Shown piece by piece: positions 1 through 7,666 of a stretch of 25,872 bases of DNA. Under the pieces are notes generated by a model. It worked only from the letters and a program-made list of their open reading frames with translations, was not told where the DNA came from and made no database searches. A program made the position numbers and the translations under genes. The stretch is from a phage: the NCBI GenBank assembly GCA_020318295.1, contig GCA_020318295.1_4859.2. One strand, given 5' to 3'. Position 1 is the first letter of the stretch, and every line of letters starts with the position of its first letter.

Positions 1-108
1 TTTCAGTGGGTCGATACTAATATCCCCCGCAGCCAATACTTCCGGGGCAACGCCCGATTCTAAAACGTTACGTTCCCGTTTGGTATACAGGTTCATGATA
101 ATATTCAC
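1..108 (-). CDS. Hypothetical protein, N-terminal fragment; gene continues beyond the window start
   Basis: Frame stays open from the window edge to ATG at 96 and in-frame GTG at 108; AAGGAG lies 6 nt upstream of the GTG. Too short for the ORF track. Confidence 0.3.
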   Translation of the reverse strand, partial: MNIIMNLYTKRERNVLESGVAPEVLAAGDISIDPLK

Positions 109-135
109 TTAATGCTCCTTAGGATTTAAAATAGC

Positions 136-420
136 TTACTGTTTAGCCCAGTATTCGGCCAACGTTTGGTCACCTTTACCGATGCGTGCATGAATGCCCA
201 TTTTACGCAACCGGTACAGTTCAAGGGACATGGTGTTTAGTTTGATAAGATTTACGTCCGTTGGACTCTTAAGGCAATCGTCTAATACATTAACGAATTT
301 ATCCAGCGCCTCTTGCGGAACTTTACCTTCTGGGTAGTCGTACAGTGTTATCACTTTAAAGGTGTAACCGTCGATATTCGACAACTGTTTTACAGCTTCA
401 CTGATATCACGATTTATCAT
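136..420 (-). CDS. Hypothetical protein (94 aa using internal ATG)
   Basis: ORF 136..489; start moved to ATG at 420 (MINRDISEAVKQ...), which has AGGA about 8 nt upstream and avoids overlap with the upstream gene. Confidence 0.5.
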   Translation of the reverse strand: MINRDISEAVKQLSNIDGYTFKVITLYDYPEGKVPQEALDKFVNVLDDCLKSPTDVNLIKLNTMSLELYRLRKMGIHARIGKGDQTLAEYWAKQ

Positions 421-463
421 TGGTGTCCTATTGAGACGCATTGGTCTGGCAACACCGACTACT

Positions 464-796
464 CTACTCATTGACCACCCCCAAACCACTTACAGTGGAT
501 GCTGCGGGGACATCCAGGTTATTCATCCATAACGACAGCTTGTTCATCTTCGCTGCGGTCTCTGGGCTAGGGTTATTGCGCAATTCACTTAAAGCCATCG
601 CATACTGGGTTGCCAGTATTTGACTGCCGTAGAAAGCACCACGGCTTACAGGCAACGCTTCGAAGCGTGCATCGAAATTGTTTGCTTGGTTAAGTTCTTT
701 AACAGTGCTCAGAATGGCTTCCTGCATTCGAAGTTCACCGTCACCTTCAAGGTCAGTTGCCTGACGCAATACCGCTATGTGATAGACTTTGGACAT
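464..796 (-). CDS. Hypothetical protein (110 aa)
   Basis: ATG at 796 with AAGGAG 9 nt upstream; lies downstream of promoter-like motif P1. Confidence 0.6.
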   Translation of the reverse strand: MSKVYHIAVLRQATDLEGDGELRMQEAILSTVKELNQANNFDARFEALPVSRGAFYGSQILATQYAMALSELRNNPSPETAAKMNKLSLWMNNLDVPAASTVSGLGVVNE

Positions 797-850
797 TTTA
801 ATTGCTCCTTAATACATGACATAAGTTCTGATTGAAACGTAAATTTCAGA

Positions 851-878
851 GGTTCACTGAGATAACATCTATCTGAAA
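851..878 (-). promoter_or_regulatory. Conserved promoter-like motif P1 (minus strand TTTCAGATAGATGTTATCTCAGTGAACC)
   Basis: One of four near-identical copies of the core TTTCAGATAGATGTTAT; sits just after a terminator and about 80 nt upstream of the ATG at 796. Confidence 0.45.
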
Positions 879-918
879 TAAAATAAAGCGTACCAGCCAC
901 CCCGAAGGATAGCTGGTA
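879..918 (-). terminator. Intrinsic terminator (hairpin plus U-run)
   Basis: Stem taccagc/gctggta around a loop containing CCTTCGG on the minus strand, followed by a T-rich run; downstream of the 1005-aa gene. Confidence 0.55.
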
Positions 919-923
919 TACAC

Positions 924-3900
924 TTAGTTAGTTTCGAGTGGATCGTCTGGAATAGTAAACGTTATATCAAGTGAAGCTGTTGTGTGGTCGGGGATTGCCA
1001 AGTCGTGATAGATATCATGCCCTGCACCATGTTCTTTATAGAGGAGATACAAGCCGATTGCACGCATCGCTTCCCCGGTATAAAACCCAAAGGCTTGACC
1101 GTTATCCGTAGTAGGGTTTGCCCACGGAGACCAGGCACCGTTAATGGCTTTTCCTGGAATGTCTGTGACGGTGAAGTTGTCACCCATCTCTTTCATCCCC
1201 ATATCCATAATACGGCTCAACCCTTCCACTGTACAGCCAGCCATTGCTGCATAAGCGCTGCCTGCTATCCAGAGCGCACACATATGTGCTGTGAAATCGT
1301 TCTCTACCCACACCGGTTTATTTGGTGCCGTAGGGAATTCATTCGGCGTGTGGTTGTCAAAGCGGTCTAAGAACCCTACGAGCCACTTAGCCCAATTTTC
1401 AACGTACACTACTAGCTCAGGTGGAACCTCTTTACCACGCACAACTAATTCGTACCAACAACGCGCAGCGGCGTTATACGCGCGCGGCTGATAACCTGCC
1501 CACGGATGTCCATCGCCCCAATGGAACGTTGTCCACGTATCTGCCGGGCCGTAAGAGTAGTTATCCCAACGGTTCCAAATATACGCCGCACAACCTGGAC
1601 CTAACTCACCTATCTGCTTTTGGTAGTTGGTTTGTGAATCGTGCATAAACCGAATCTGATTTAAGAGCCAGTCTTTGTAGCGATCATCGGTGTGTATGGT
1701 GTACATAAACGGATACTGATAGCCAGGATACGGCATCCCGTGCCATGCACCTAGCTGATACGTTCCTTCCGAATAAATGTTCGAGAACGGTATCGTTCCT
1801 GGGCAATACGCGAGCAAGTCAAGACGGTAATCTTTTATCGTACAATCGCCCACTTTACCCGTAAATGCAGAACCTCCCCGAATTACAATACGGAACGTTA
1901 ATGTCCAGCCGTCGTCTGCATTAAACAGTGGCGGAACATCGTTTACGCAATACCAGCTAAAGTGCGCATTCTCCACAGCCGAATCGGGCAGTATGGTTAC
2001 CTGATCGATAGTTGTATAGTTTGGCGCAGCCGGTTTTGGTTCGACGTCGGTATCGTGGTCAGGTTGATAGCCCGAGAGTGTTGCGTCTTCAGGGCGAATA
2101 ATAACCTGTTTCCATTCCCCGTTAGTCGCGGGCAACATCCACCACCAACGCCACTTGTCGGTATCTTCGAAACGGAAGTTGAAATCAGCATCGGCACGAT
2201 AGACAATTGACTGTGGGGGTGCAACACCGGCATCGGTTAACCAGAAACCGATAATGAAACCCGCATCGTCGTTCGGGAATAACGCTTCTACGATTGTGCC
2301 TGAACGACCATCGTAAATGTTGTTCTCAAACTTCTCCTGCCATGTACACCCACCGTAGTCCGAACATGCTCGCGCATCGGCAATGATGTAATCTTCGCCG
2401 TTGGCCGGATTGGTCATTCTGGCCAGATGCCCTAAATCGATGTCATGCTGTTCTACTTCCATCGATGTTGATCCCGGAAGCGTACAGCCGTACCAGTTTA
2501 CTTCTTCAGTATCCGCTTTGACGGGGTTAATATCCACCATCACTTTACACGCAAGTGCATCACCGTTGTCGCAAACACCGCCATACGTCACACGTAACTT
2601 CGATTGACTGTTTATCCTGAAACGCACGGCTTGCTGTTCCATAAAGTTCTGCACAGCTTCCTCAGAACGGAACACAATATCACCATTTTCATCACGACTG
2701 TAAGCGACCTCAACGGTGCTGGGGTATTTATAGTCGTACGAGATACCATCTGTAAATGGTGTTTCGGCTAGCTTAGAACGTCGGAAAAACTTGTCCTTCG
2801 CATCGATATACGTGTATTCGTGCGCTGTATAGAACACAGAGTCTAGTGCGGCTTTATAGCGCGCTTCACCTGTGATACGCCAGAGCAGATAGCAGGCATC
2901 AATAAACCACACTTCCGCATCTGCCGCGTTACCCATCTGGTTAACAGACCCTTTTAACGGGGTATGAACCGGGCGGTTGTGCCACGGCTCATTGCGGTCA
3001 AACAAATACCCGCCGTGCTCTACAGGTACCTGGGAAGCGTAGTTAATCAAATATACACCGTTAATACTGGTGTCCTTTAATTGTACGGTTCCTTTCTGGG
3101 CATCAGGTAAACCGGATTCGATGACATCGCCGTCTTTAACCTTCTCACCCGTCCACACAACAAACCAGTCAGGTTCGTACCGCGGACCTTTCGAGGTAGA
3201 ACCGCCCCACATTGGTGTATATCCGGTTGGGTCGTTTAACATCCTGTTCCAGTCCACCCACGCTTTTACATCGTAAGGTTTCTCTGGATTGGTGATTAAG
3301 TAATCAGGGACTTTAGACCAGTCAATTAACCCGTTTTCCGATTCCTTAATTTTCTGTACGTCAGCATTAACCGCACCCCAGGTAGGATGGCCACGGTGCG
3401 CAGAAAAGAAATTGTTCAGATACTCACCAAAGAATGGTGCGCCTTGGGGTATCTGGCAACGCCCGTTCGTAAACGTTACCGGTACACACTTGTAACCACC
3501 GTGGGTTGGCTCGGTCGGATGCACTGGATAGTCTGCCAGCACCGGTTCTTTACCGTTAACTAGCCAGTTACAAATCCATCGTTGCGGTGAATCGGGAATG
3601 GCCTGACCTGCGTAATAGTAGGTAGCGTACGCTTCCCATGCATGAATCGCCGCATCTAACCACATCTGGTTTTTGGTAGCAATGTACATGTGACAGTAGC
3701 CAATAATCAGCAACGATTGACCTTCTGTGGTGGCGTCACCATTAGGTTGATACACTGCCATGGAGTCAGCAATGAAATGCCGGTTATTAGATAGCACCCC
3801 TTCTGGGTTAATCAGATAATGGTCATTGTGGGCGTCGTTAGTTAAGCCGGTGTTTCGACGAACAAAGTCCTGATGTCCGTAAGCCAGCGACATCGCGTAG

Positions 3901-3941
3901 TTCAGCGCATGTCGTTTAGCAGAGATTTTAAATTTGCGCAT
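924..3941 (-). CDS. Large Trp/Tyr/Gly-rich protein (1005 aa); putative tail fibre, tailspike or carbohydrate-active virion protein
   Basis: Uninterrupted 3 kb ORF, ATG at 3941 with AGGA upstream, 3-nt gap to the upstream gene. Function is inferred from composition and gene order only. Confidence 0.7.
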   Translation of the reverse strand: MRKFKISAKRHALNYAMSLAYGHQDFVRRNTGLTNDAHNDHYLINPEGVLSNNRHFIADSMAVYQPNGDATTEGQSLLIIGYCHMYIATKNQMWLDAAIHAWEAYATYYYAGQAIPDSPQRWICNWLVNGKEPVLADYPVHPTEPTHGGYKCVPVTFTNGRCQIPQGAPFFGEYLNNFFSAHRGHPTWGAVNADVQKIKESENGLIDWSKVPDYLITNPEKPYDVKAWVDWNRMLNDPTGYTPMWGGSTSKGPRYEPDWFVVWTGEKVKDGDVIESGLPDAQKGTVQLKDTSINGVYLINYASQVPVEHGGYLFDRNEPWHNRPVHTPLKGSVNQMGNAADAEVWFIDACYLLWRITGEARYKAALDSVFYTAHEYTYIDAKDKFFRRSKLAETPFTDGISYDYKYPSTVEVAYSRDENGDIVFRSEEAVQNFMEQQAVRFRINSQSKLRVTYGGVCDNGDALACKVMVDINPVKADTEEVNWYGCTLPGSTSMEVEQHDIDLGHLARMTNPANGEDYIIADARACSDYGGCTWQEKFENNIYDGRSGTIVEALFPNDDAGFIIGFWLTDAGVAPPQSIVYRADADFNFRFEDTDKWRWWWMLPATNGEWKQVIIRPEDATLSGYQPDHDTDVEPKPAAPNYTTIDQVTILPDSAVENAHFSWYCVNDVPPLFNADDGWTLTFRIVIRGGSAFTGKVGDCTIKDYRLDLLAYCPGTIPFSNIYSEGTYQLGAWHGMPYPGYQYPFMYTIHTDDRYKDWLLNQIRFMHDSQTNYQKQIGELGPGCAAYIWNRWDNYSYGPADTWTTFHWGDGHPWAGYQPRAYNAAARCWYELVVRGKEVPPELVVYVENWAKWLVGFLDRFDNHTPNEFPTAPNKPVWVENDFTAHMCALWIAGSAYAAMAGCTVEGLSRIMDMGMKEMGDNFTVTDIPGKAINGAWSPWANPTTDNGQAFGFYTGEAMRAIGLYLLYKEHGAGHDIYHDLAIPDHTTASLDITFTIPDDPLETN

Positions 3942-3944
3942 GGC

Positions 3945-4418
3945 CTAGTATCCTGTTCCGCAAATGGCCCCTTTCCAGGTTGTACCGCCATCCGTAGATG
4001 ACAAAGACAACACATCCTCGGCGTCTAGCGTGTACGATAACGGAGGTTCTGCACCGTTAGGCCATTTAACCGAAGTCGGCCAGGTGATTTTGTTTGCACC
4101 GGTACCCTGACGTAGCGTCAGTAATAACTCATATCGCGTACCAGGAACCGGGTCGGTAATAGGCGTGATAGAAAGCGCAGTGGTGGGGTCACCTAAACGG
4201 ATGATGAAGTCGTCCGCAACATTGGGATCTATTTCAACGATACCGTCAGCACCGGATAAGTTTTGGATAGGGTTTGCATCTGCCCCACCACCGCCGATTT
4301 CACTGAGAGGAAGTTTGTACTCCTTTTCATCAACGCTGATAAGCGCTACTGCGCTCGACTTATCGCCGTTGTAAGAATCGAGTTCATGCAAACGTTTCTT
4401 TTTGACTACAGTTGCCAT
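3945..4418 (-). CDS. Hypothetical protein (157 aa), possibly tail-fibre associated
   Basis: Start overlaps the upstream stop as TAATG at 4416-4420; Gly-rich GGGGADANP segment. Structural role is an inference. Confidence 0.55.
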   Translation of the reverse strand: MATVVKKKRLHELDSYNGDKSSAVALISVDEKEYKLPLSEIGGGGADANPIQNLSGADGIVEIDPNVADDFIIRLGDPTTALSITPITDPVPGTRYELLLTLRQGTGANKITWPTSVKWPNGAEPPLSYTLDAEDVLSLSSTDGGTTWKGAICGTGY

Positions 4419-4951
4419 TATGCATCGTCTCCGTAGGTTAACACTGCATCATCACCGATGCATAAAACAGTTTCTTCATCCAGACTTGCCACAGCTTCTT
4501 TTTCATTAAACGCCGTGAATGTAAAGGTAGCCGTCCAAGCCGGCGAATCGTCACTCATCGGTGCAATCAACGGCTCGTTTGTTGGTGTAATAACCCCTGT
4601 CGAGATGTCTTCACGTGACAAGTTTAAACCGCACAACTGGTTTACAACTGTCGCTAAATCGGCATAGGTGTCGCCGGGAGCTACAGTAACCAGTATCGGT
4701 CCTTGCGGGTCGATAATCTTATTAGCAGCTAGACGGTCGTAATAGACGGTAATCTTCTTACCGTTAGGTTTACGTGCTTTCGCAATGAACGCTTGCGAGG
4801 TACGGGCACTTTCAACACCTAAGTCGATAGGCCCTACCCCGCTTATCACAATCTCGTCAGGCGATAATGACAAGCCGTTATCGTGATTAATCAACGCCAC
4901 GACAAGCGCTTTCGACGAGAGTGTTAGGTCGGGCTGATAGCGGTCTGCCAT
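4418..4951 (-). CDS. Hypothetical protein (177 aa using ATG at 4951)
   Basis: ORF 4418..4990 trimmed to MADRYQPDL..., which has GGAGG 6 nt upstream; the longer N-terminus would run into the terminator A-tract. Confidence 0.55.
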   Translation of the reverse strand: MADRYQPDLTLSSKALVVALINHDNGLSLSPDEIVISGVGPIDLGVESARTSQAFIAKARKPNGKKITVYYDRLAANKIIDPQGPILVTVAPGDTYADLATVVNQLCGLNLSREDISTGVITPTNEPLIAPMSDDSPAWTATFTFTAFNEKEAVASLDEETVLCIGDDAVLTYGDDA

Positions 4952-4965
4952 TAACGCCTCCAGAA

Positions 4966-5006
4966 ACAAAAAAAATAAGCTACCACACATATGATCGTGT
5001 GGTAGC
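4966..5006 (-). terminator. Intrinsic terminator
   Basis: Perfect 10-bp stem gctaccacac/gtgtggtagc (4979-4988 and 4997-5006) followed on the minus strand by a T8 run (plus-strand A-run 4966-4975). Confidence 0.7.
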
Positions 5007-5020
5007 CTACTCGTACGATG

Positions 5021-5416
5021 TTAGTGCAGTGTAGCGCTGTGCACTACAGTTAACCCGCGACGTCCGATTTCATCCGCGATGGATTGCAACAGCTTATCGT
5101 AACCCACCTTTACAAATTCAGGTAAGCCGCGGTCAACCATCTCCATCTCGGTGATTTCTTCACGGAAAACTTGACAACAGCCTTCTAAATAACGTTTAGC
5201 TTCTGTCACGTCATCGACATACCGCGCATAACTCAGGGCGATCGCGTAACCTTCTGCAATAAACGCATACTTCATGAAAACCCCTGGGTCGAGTTCTTCA
5301 ACCGCTACGTCTAGACGTGAAGCGGTCTGACGTACAGAGTTACGTAATGATTCAGAAAACAGTGTAGTCGTAACCATATCCTGATTAGGAACGGTTTTAG
5401 GCATAATCAATTTCAC
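5021..5416 (-). CDS. Hypothetical protein (131 aa)
   Basis: ATG at 5416 with AAGGAG 9 nt upstream; last gene before the terminator at 4966-5006. Confidence 0.6.
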   Translation of the reverse strand: MKLIMPKTVPNQDMVTTTLFSESLRNSVRQTASRLDVAVEELDPGVFMKYAFIAEGYAIALSYARYVDDVTEAKRYLEGCCQVFREEITEMEMVDRGLPEFVKVGYDKLLQSIADEIGRRGLTVVHSATLH

Positions 5417-5427
5417 GAGGACTCTCC

Positions 5428-5811
5428 TTACGATAACTCGCCCATGTAAATTACTTCATAACCGAACCACTCACCGATTTCAATAAGGTAAGAAACTAGC
5501 AAGTGGCGATGACAGAATTTCCCCGGTGGGCAATAGCACATTAGTACGACCTCGCCCTGGCGGAGAATCTCTATCAACTTATCAGTGTCTTCATCAAACA
5601 ACTGACTAAGTTTCTGCAGGTAGCGTTTGGTATACGCAGCTTCTGCGTCGGGGCCTTTGTCAGACTTCTTGTAGTCCATCAGAAAGTCCCAGTCGGGTGC
5701 CAAATATTTCAGCCCCGACTTAACCGTTATATCCAGCTTTGGCAAATTCCGTTTTTCAGCTATCCGCCACTTCGCCAGTTGGAGCGTCCACAGCTTTACT
5801 TGCTTTGGCAT
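5428..5811 (-). CDS. DUF488-family protein (about 127 aa)
   Basis: C-terminal VVLMCYCPPGKFCHRHLLVSYL resembles the conserved Cys...CHR segment of DUF488 as I remember it. Start is ambiguous (ATG 5811 or 5862); either overlaps the upstream gene in another frame. Confidence 0.55.
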   Translation of the reverse strand: MPKQVKLWTLQLAKWRIAEKRNLPKLDITVKSGLKYLAPDWDFLMDYKKSDKGPDAEAAYTKRYLQKLSQLFDEDTDKLIEILRQGEVVLMCYCPPGKFCHRHLLVSYLIEIGEWFGYEVIYMGELS

Positions 5812-6763
5812 TTTTCGCTCTCTCTTTTTCTTTCTCCTGAAGCGCTTTAAAATGCGGTGCATATTCGCACCACTCTTCTGCTGTAAATGACGTGATAAAC
5901 AGTCTTTCGGTATCTTCAGTTACCGTAAAGGTTGTGTGATTTCTTTTCGGGTCCTTAAAGTTAGCAAAAGTCGGTACGTCCAAACCCATAGCAGAAATAG
6001 CACTACCGAGAGCAGAACACCATACCCGTCTGTAAGCATCGTTAATTTTAATCTCCCATCCCACAGACGGTGTAATACCAAGACTACGATAATTCTGCGA
6101 CTTTGCCGACGGATGGGCATAAACGATGAGCATGTTATTCTCACGGTCTATCGCGAATTCGTAGTTGTTGTAGTTACTGACCTGCACCAATCTACGAATG
6201 TCTTCCGGCAACTCCTGCCACATTTCCAGTTTCTCTTTATCCCACGCAGGTGTTAGAAGCGGTGGAACGCGGCCGGCATGATCTTGGAAATACATCAGTT
6301 CGCTATAAAGGTTCTTTAAGCGAGCGTACTCGTCTAATGTCCAATCTCCCAGCTCTAGACTATTCTCCAACGCATCTAACTTATTCCAGCCAACAACTGC
6401 ATAGGCGTGGTGCTGTTTGCGTGTAATGTCGCACATCAGTTTAGCGAGGCCGTTAACAACATTGCCTTGCTGAACCAGAGGCGACCAGCCGTTAGCGTAG
6501 CCGGCGCTAACGACAGGCGGAAAGTTCTCTTCCCCGAGCACCGCCCATGTAACACGATCGGTTTGTGCGTGGTATCTGTCCATTAACCGTTCAACAATGG
6601 CCACACTACAAAGAATTTCCATGAAGTTCGCGTTACCTCCATTCCACATGGAGAAATATGCAGGACGGACATGTCGTGCTTCATTGGCCGGTGCTTTGCA
6701 CAACAGCTGATACATTATCCAGGTGGAATCCAACCCTGCTGAAAACGAAACGAGCTTCGTCAT
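5756..6763 (-). CDS. PP-loop (SGGxDS-type) ATP pyrophosphatase-like protein (335 aa)
   Basis: N-terminal LVSFSAGLDST resembles the PP-loop of adenine-nucleotide alpha-hydrolases (QueC/MnmA/TilS class). ATG at 6763 with GAGG upstream. Substrate unknown. Confidence 0.6.
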   Translation of the reverse strand: MTKLVSFSAGLDSTWIMYQLLCKAPANEARHVRPAYFSMWNGGNANFMEILCSVAIVERLMDRYHAQTDRVTWAVLGEENFPPVVSAGYANGWSPLVQQGNVVNGLAKLMCDITRKQHHAYAVVGWNKLDALENSLELGDWTLDEYARLKNLYSELMYFQDHAGRVPPLLTPAWDKEKLEMWQELPEDIRRLVQVSNYNNYEFAIDRENNMLIVYAHPSAKSQNYRSLGITPSVGWEIKINDAYRRVWCSALGSAISAMGLDVPTFANFKDPKRNHTTFTVTEDTERLFITSFTAEEWCEYAPHFKALQEKEKERAKNAKASKAVDAPTGEVADS

Positions 6764-6771
6764 CCTTTACC

Positions 6772-7104
6772 TCACTTATGTTTCTGTTTTTCTTCACGCA
6801 TCAACTTAGCGTTCAGGTCGACCATGTAACCCGGTTTTTCCATCACCTGCACTTCTTCCCAGTTGCTTCCCACCGCCATTTTGAGGGTTCCTTGACGTAC
6901 CGCGATTTCTTTTGCAGTGTCACGGCAGACCTCTAACGCTTCGTCCAAATCGTTAAAGGTTGTCTTCTGTGGTCCGTTAAAGGTTTTAGCGCATTCCAGG
7001 AATACACGTTCGTAAACATCCTGGTCGAGTAAGAGTGGTTTGTCCGCAGCGTGGACAACCATAGGCGCAACGAGTGCGCCTAACAGAACTAAAACTTTCT
7101 TCAT
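6772..7104 (-). CDS. Small secreted or periplasmic protein (110 aa) with N-terminal signal peptide
   Basis: MKKVLVLLGALVAPMVVHA-ADKP is a typical signal peptide with an AxA cleavage site; start overlaps the upstream stop as TAATG. Confidence 0.6.
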   Translation of the reverse strand: MKKVLVLLGALVAPMVVHAADKPLLLDQDVYERVFLECAKTFNGPQKTTFNDLDEALEVCRDTAKEIAVRQGTLKMAVGSNWEEVQVMEKPGYMVDLNAKLMREEKQKHK

Positions 7105-7586
7105 TATTTCACCATGTGTATAAGTTGATAACGTGGGGTTTCTTCTACCACAACATCAAAGGATGGAATACATGATATCTTTCCATTCAGGTCGAGATGT
7201 ATACGTGGTGAAATCATAATGGTTCCCGCACGCATCAGTTCAACCGCCTGGGCTTTGAGTGGGCCATGCGGAGTAAAATCTCCGCGAAGTTGAAAATGTC
7301 CTTCAACGATTCCGTAGCAAATATTTGACACGTACCCACAAACGCGATCAAGGTCGATGTCACGCACACGACGGTTGGCGTCTTCTAATTCCTTAAAAGA
7401 CCGGCACGGCTTAATAACCGGCGCATCGTATTCACAAAAGACGTGACCGCGGCGTAACGCCAGTGAGACAGCTTCATCCGGATGGTGCGGATCTTTGAAG
7501 TCCTCACAGGGTATTGAGAAAATTAAACCGCTGGCCGTCGCAACTGTTTGAGCAGGTATTTCCTTAACCTCAGTTTGTAGTTTCAT
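7104..7586 (-). CDS. Hypothetical protein (160 aa)
   Basis: ORF directly downstream of the HslU-like gene after an 80-nt gap; no recognisable motif and no HslV-like N-terminal Thr signature. Confidence 0.55.
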   Translation of the reverse strand: MKLQTEVKEIPAQTVATASGLIFSIPCEDFKDPHHPDEAVSLALRRGHVFCEYDAPVIKPCRSFKELEDANRRVRDIDLDRVCGYVSNICYGIVEGHFQLRGDFTPHGPLKAQAVELMRAGTIMISPRIHLDLNGKISCIPSFDVVVEETPRYQLIHMVK

Positions 7587-7666
7587 AAACTCGCTCGATG
7601 ATTAATGGGGTTAAAATCAAATCCATGTAACCTAGGGTCAATAACGCACATGCGGCGCTATTAGCA

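Noticed and set aside
984-1370. Plus-strand ORFs throughout the window (for example 984..1370, 5936..6256, 10179..10469, 17320..17754, 17567..17923, 24348..24569)
   Set aside because: All lie antisense within longer, better-supported minus-strand genes, lack convincing RBS context and have low-complexity or Cys/Arg-rich translations typical of shadow ORFs. I support no plus-strand gene.
7104-7586. Possibility that the 160-aa protein downstream of the HslU-like gene is an HslV protease
   Set aside because: It has no N-terminal Thr-Thr-Ile-Val-type Ntn-hydrolase start and no recognisable HslV motifs from memory; a profile search would be needed to exclude a very remote relationship.
7607-7645. 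Sigma-70-like promoter in the gap between the HslU-like gene and the 160-aa gene (TTGACC -35 on the minus strand)
   Set aside because: The -35 is good but no convincing -10 follows at 16-18 nt spacing, so I did not call it.
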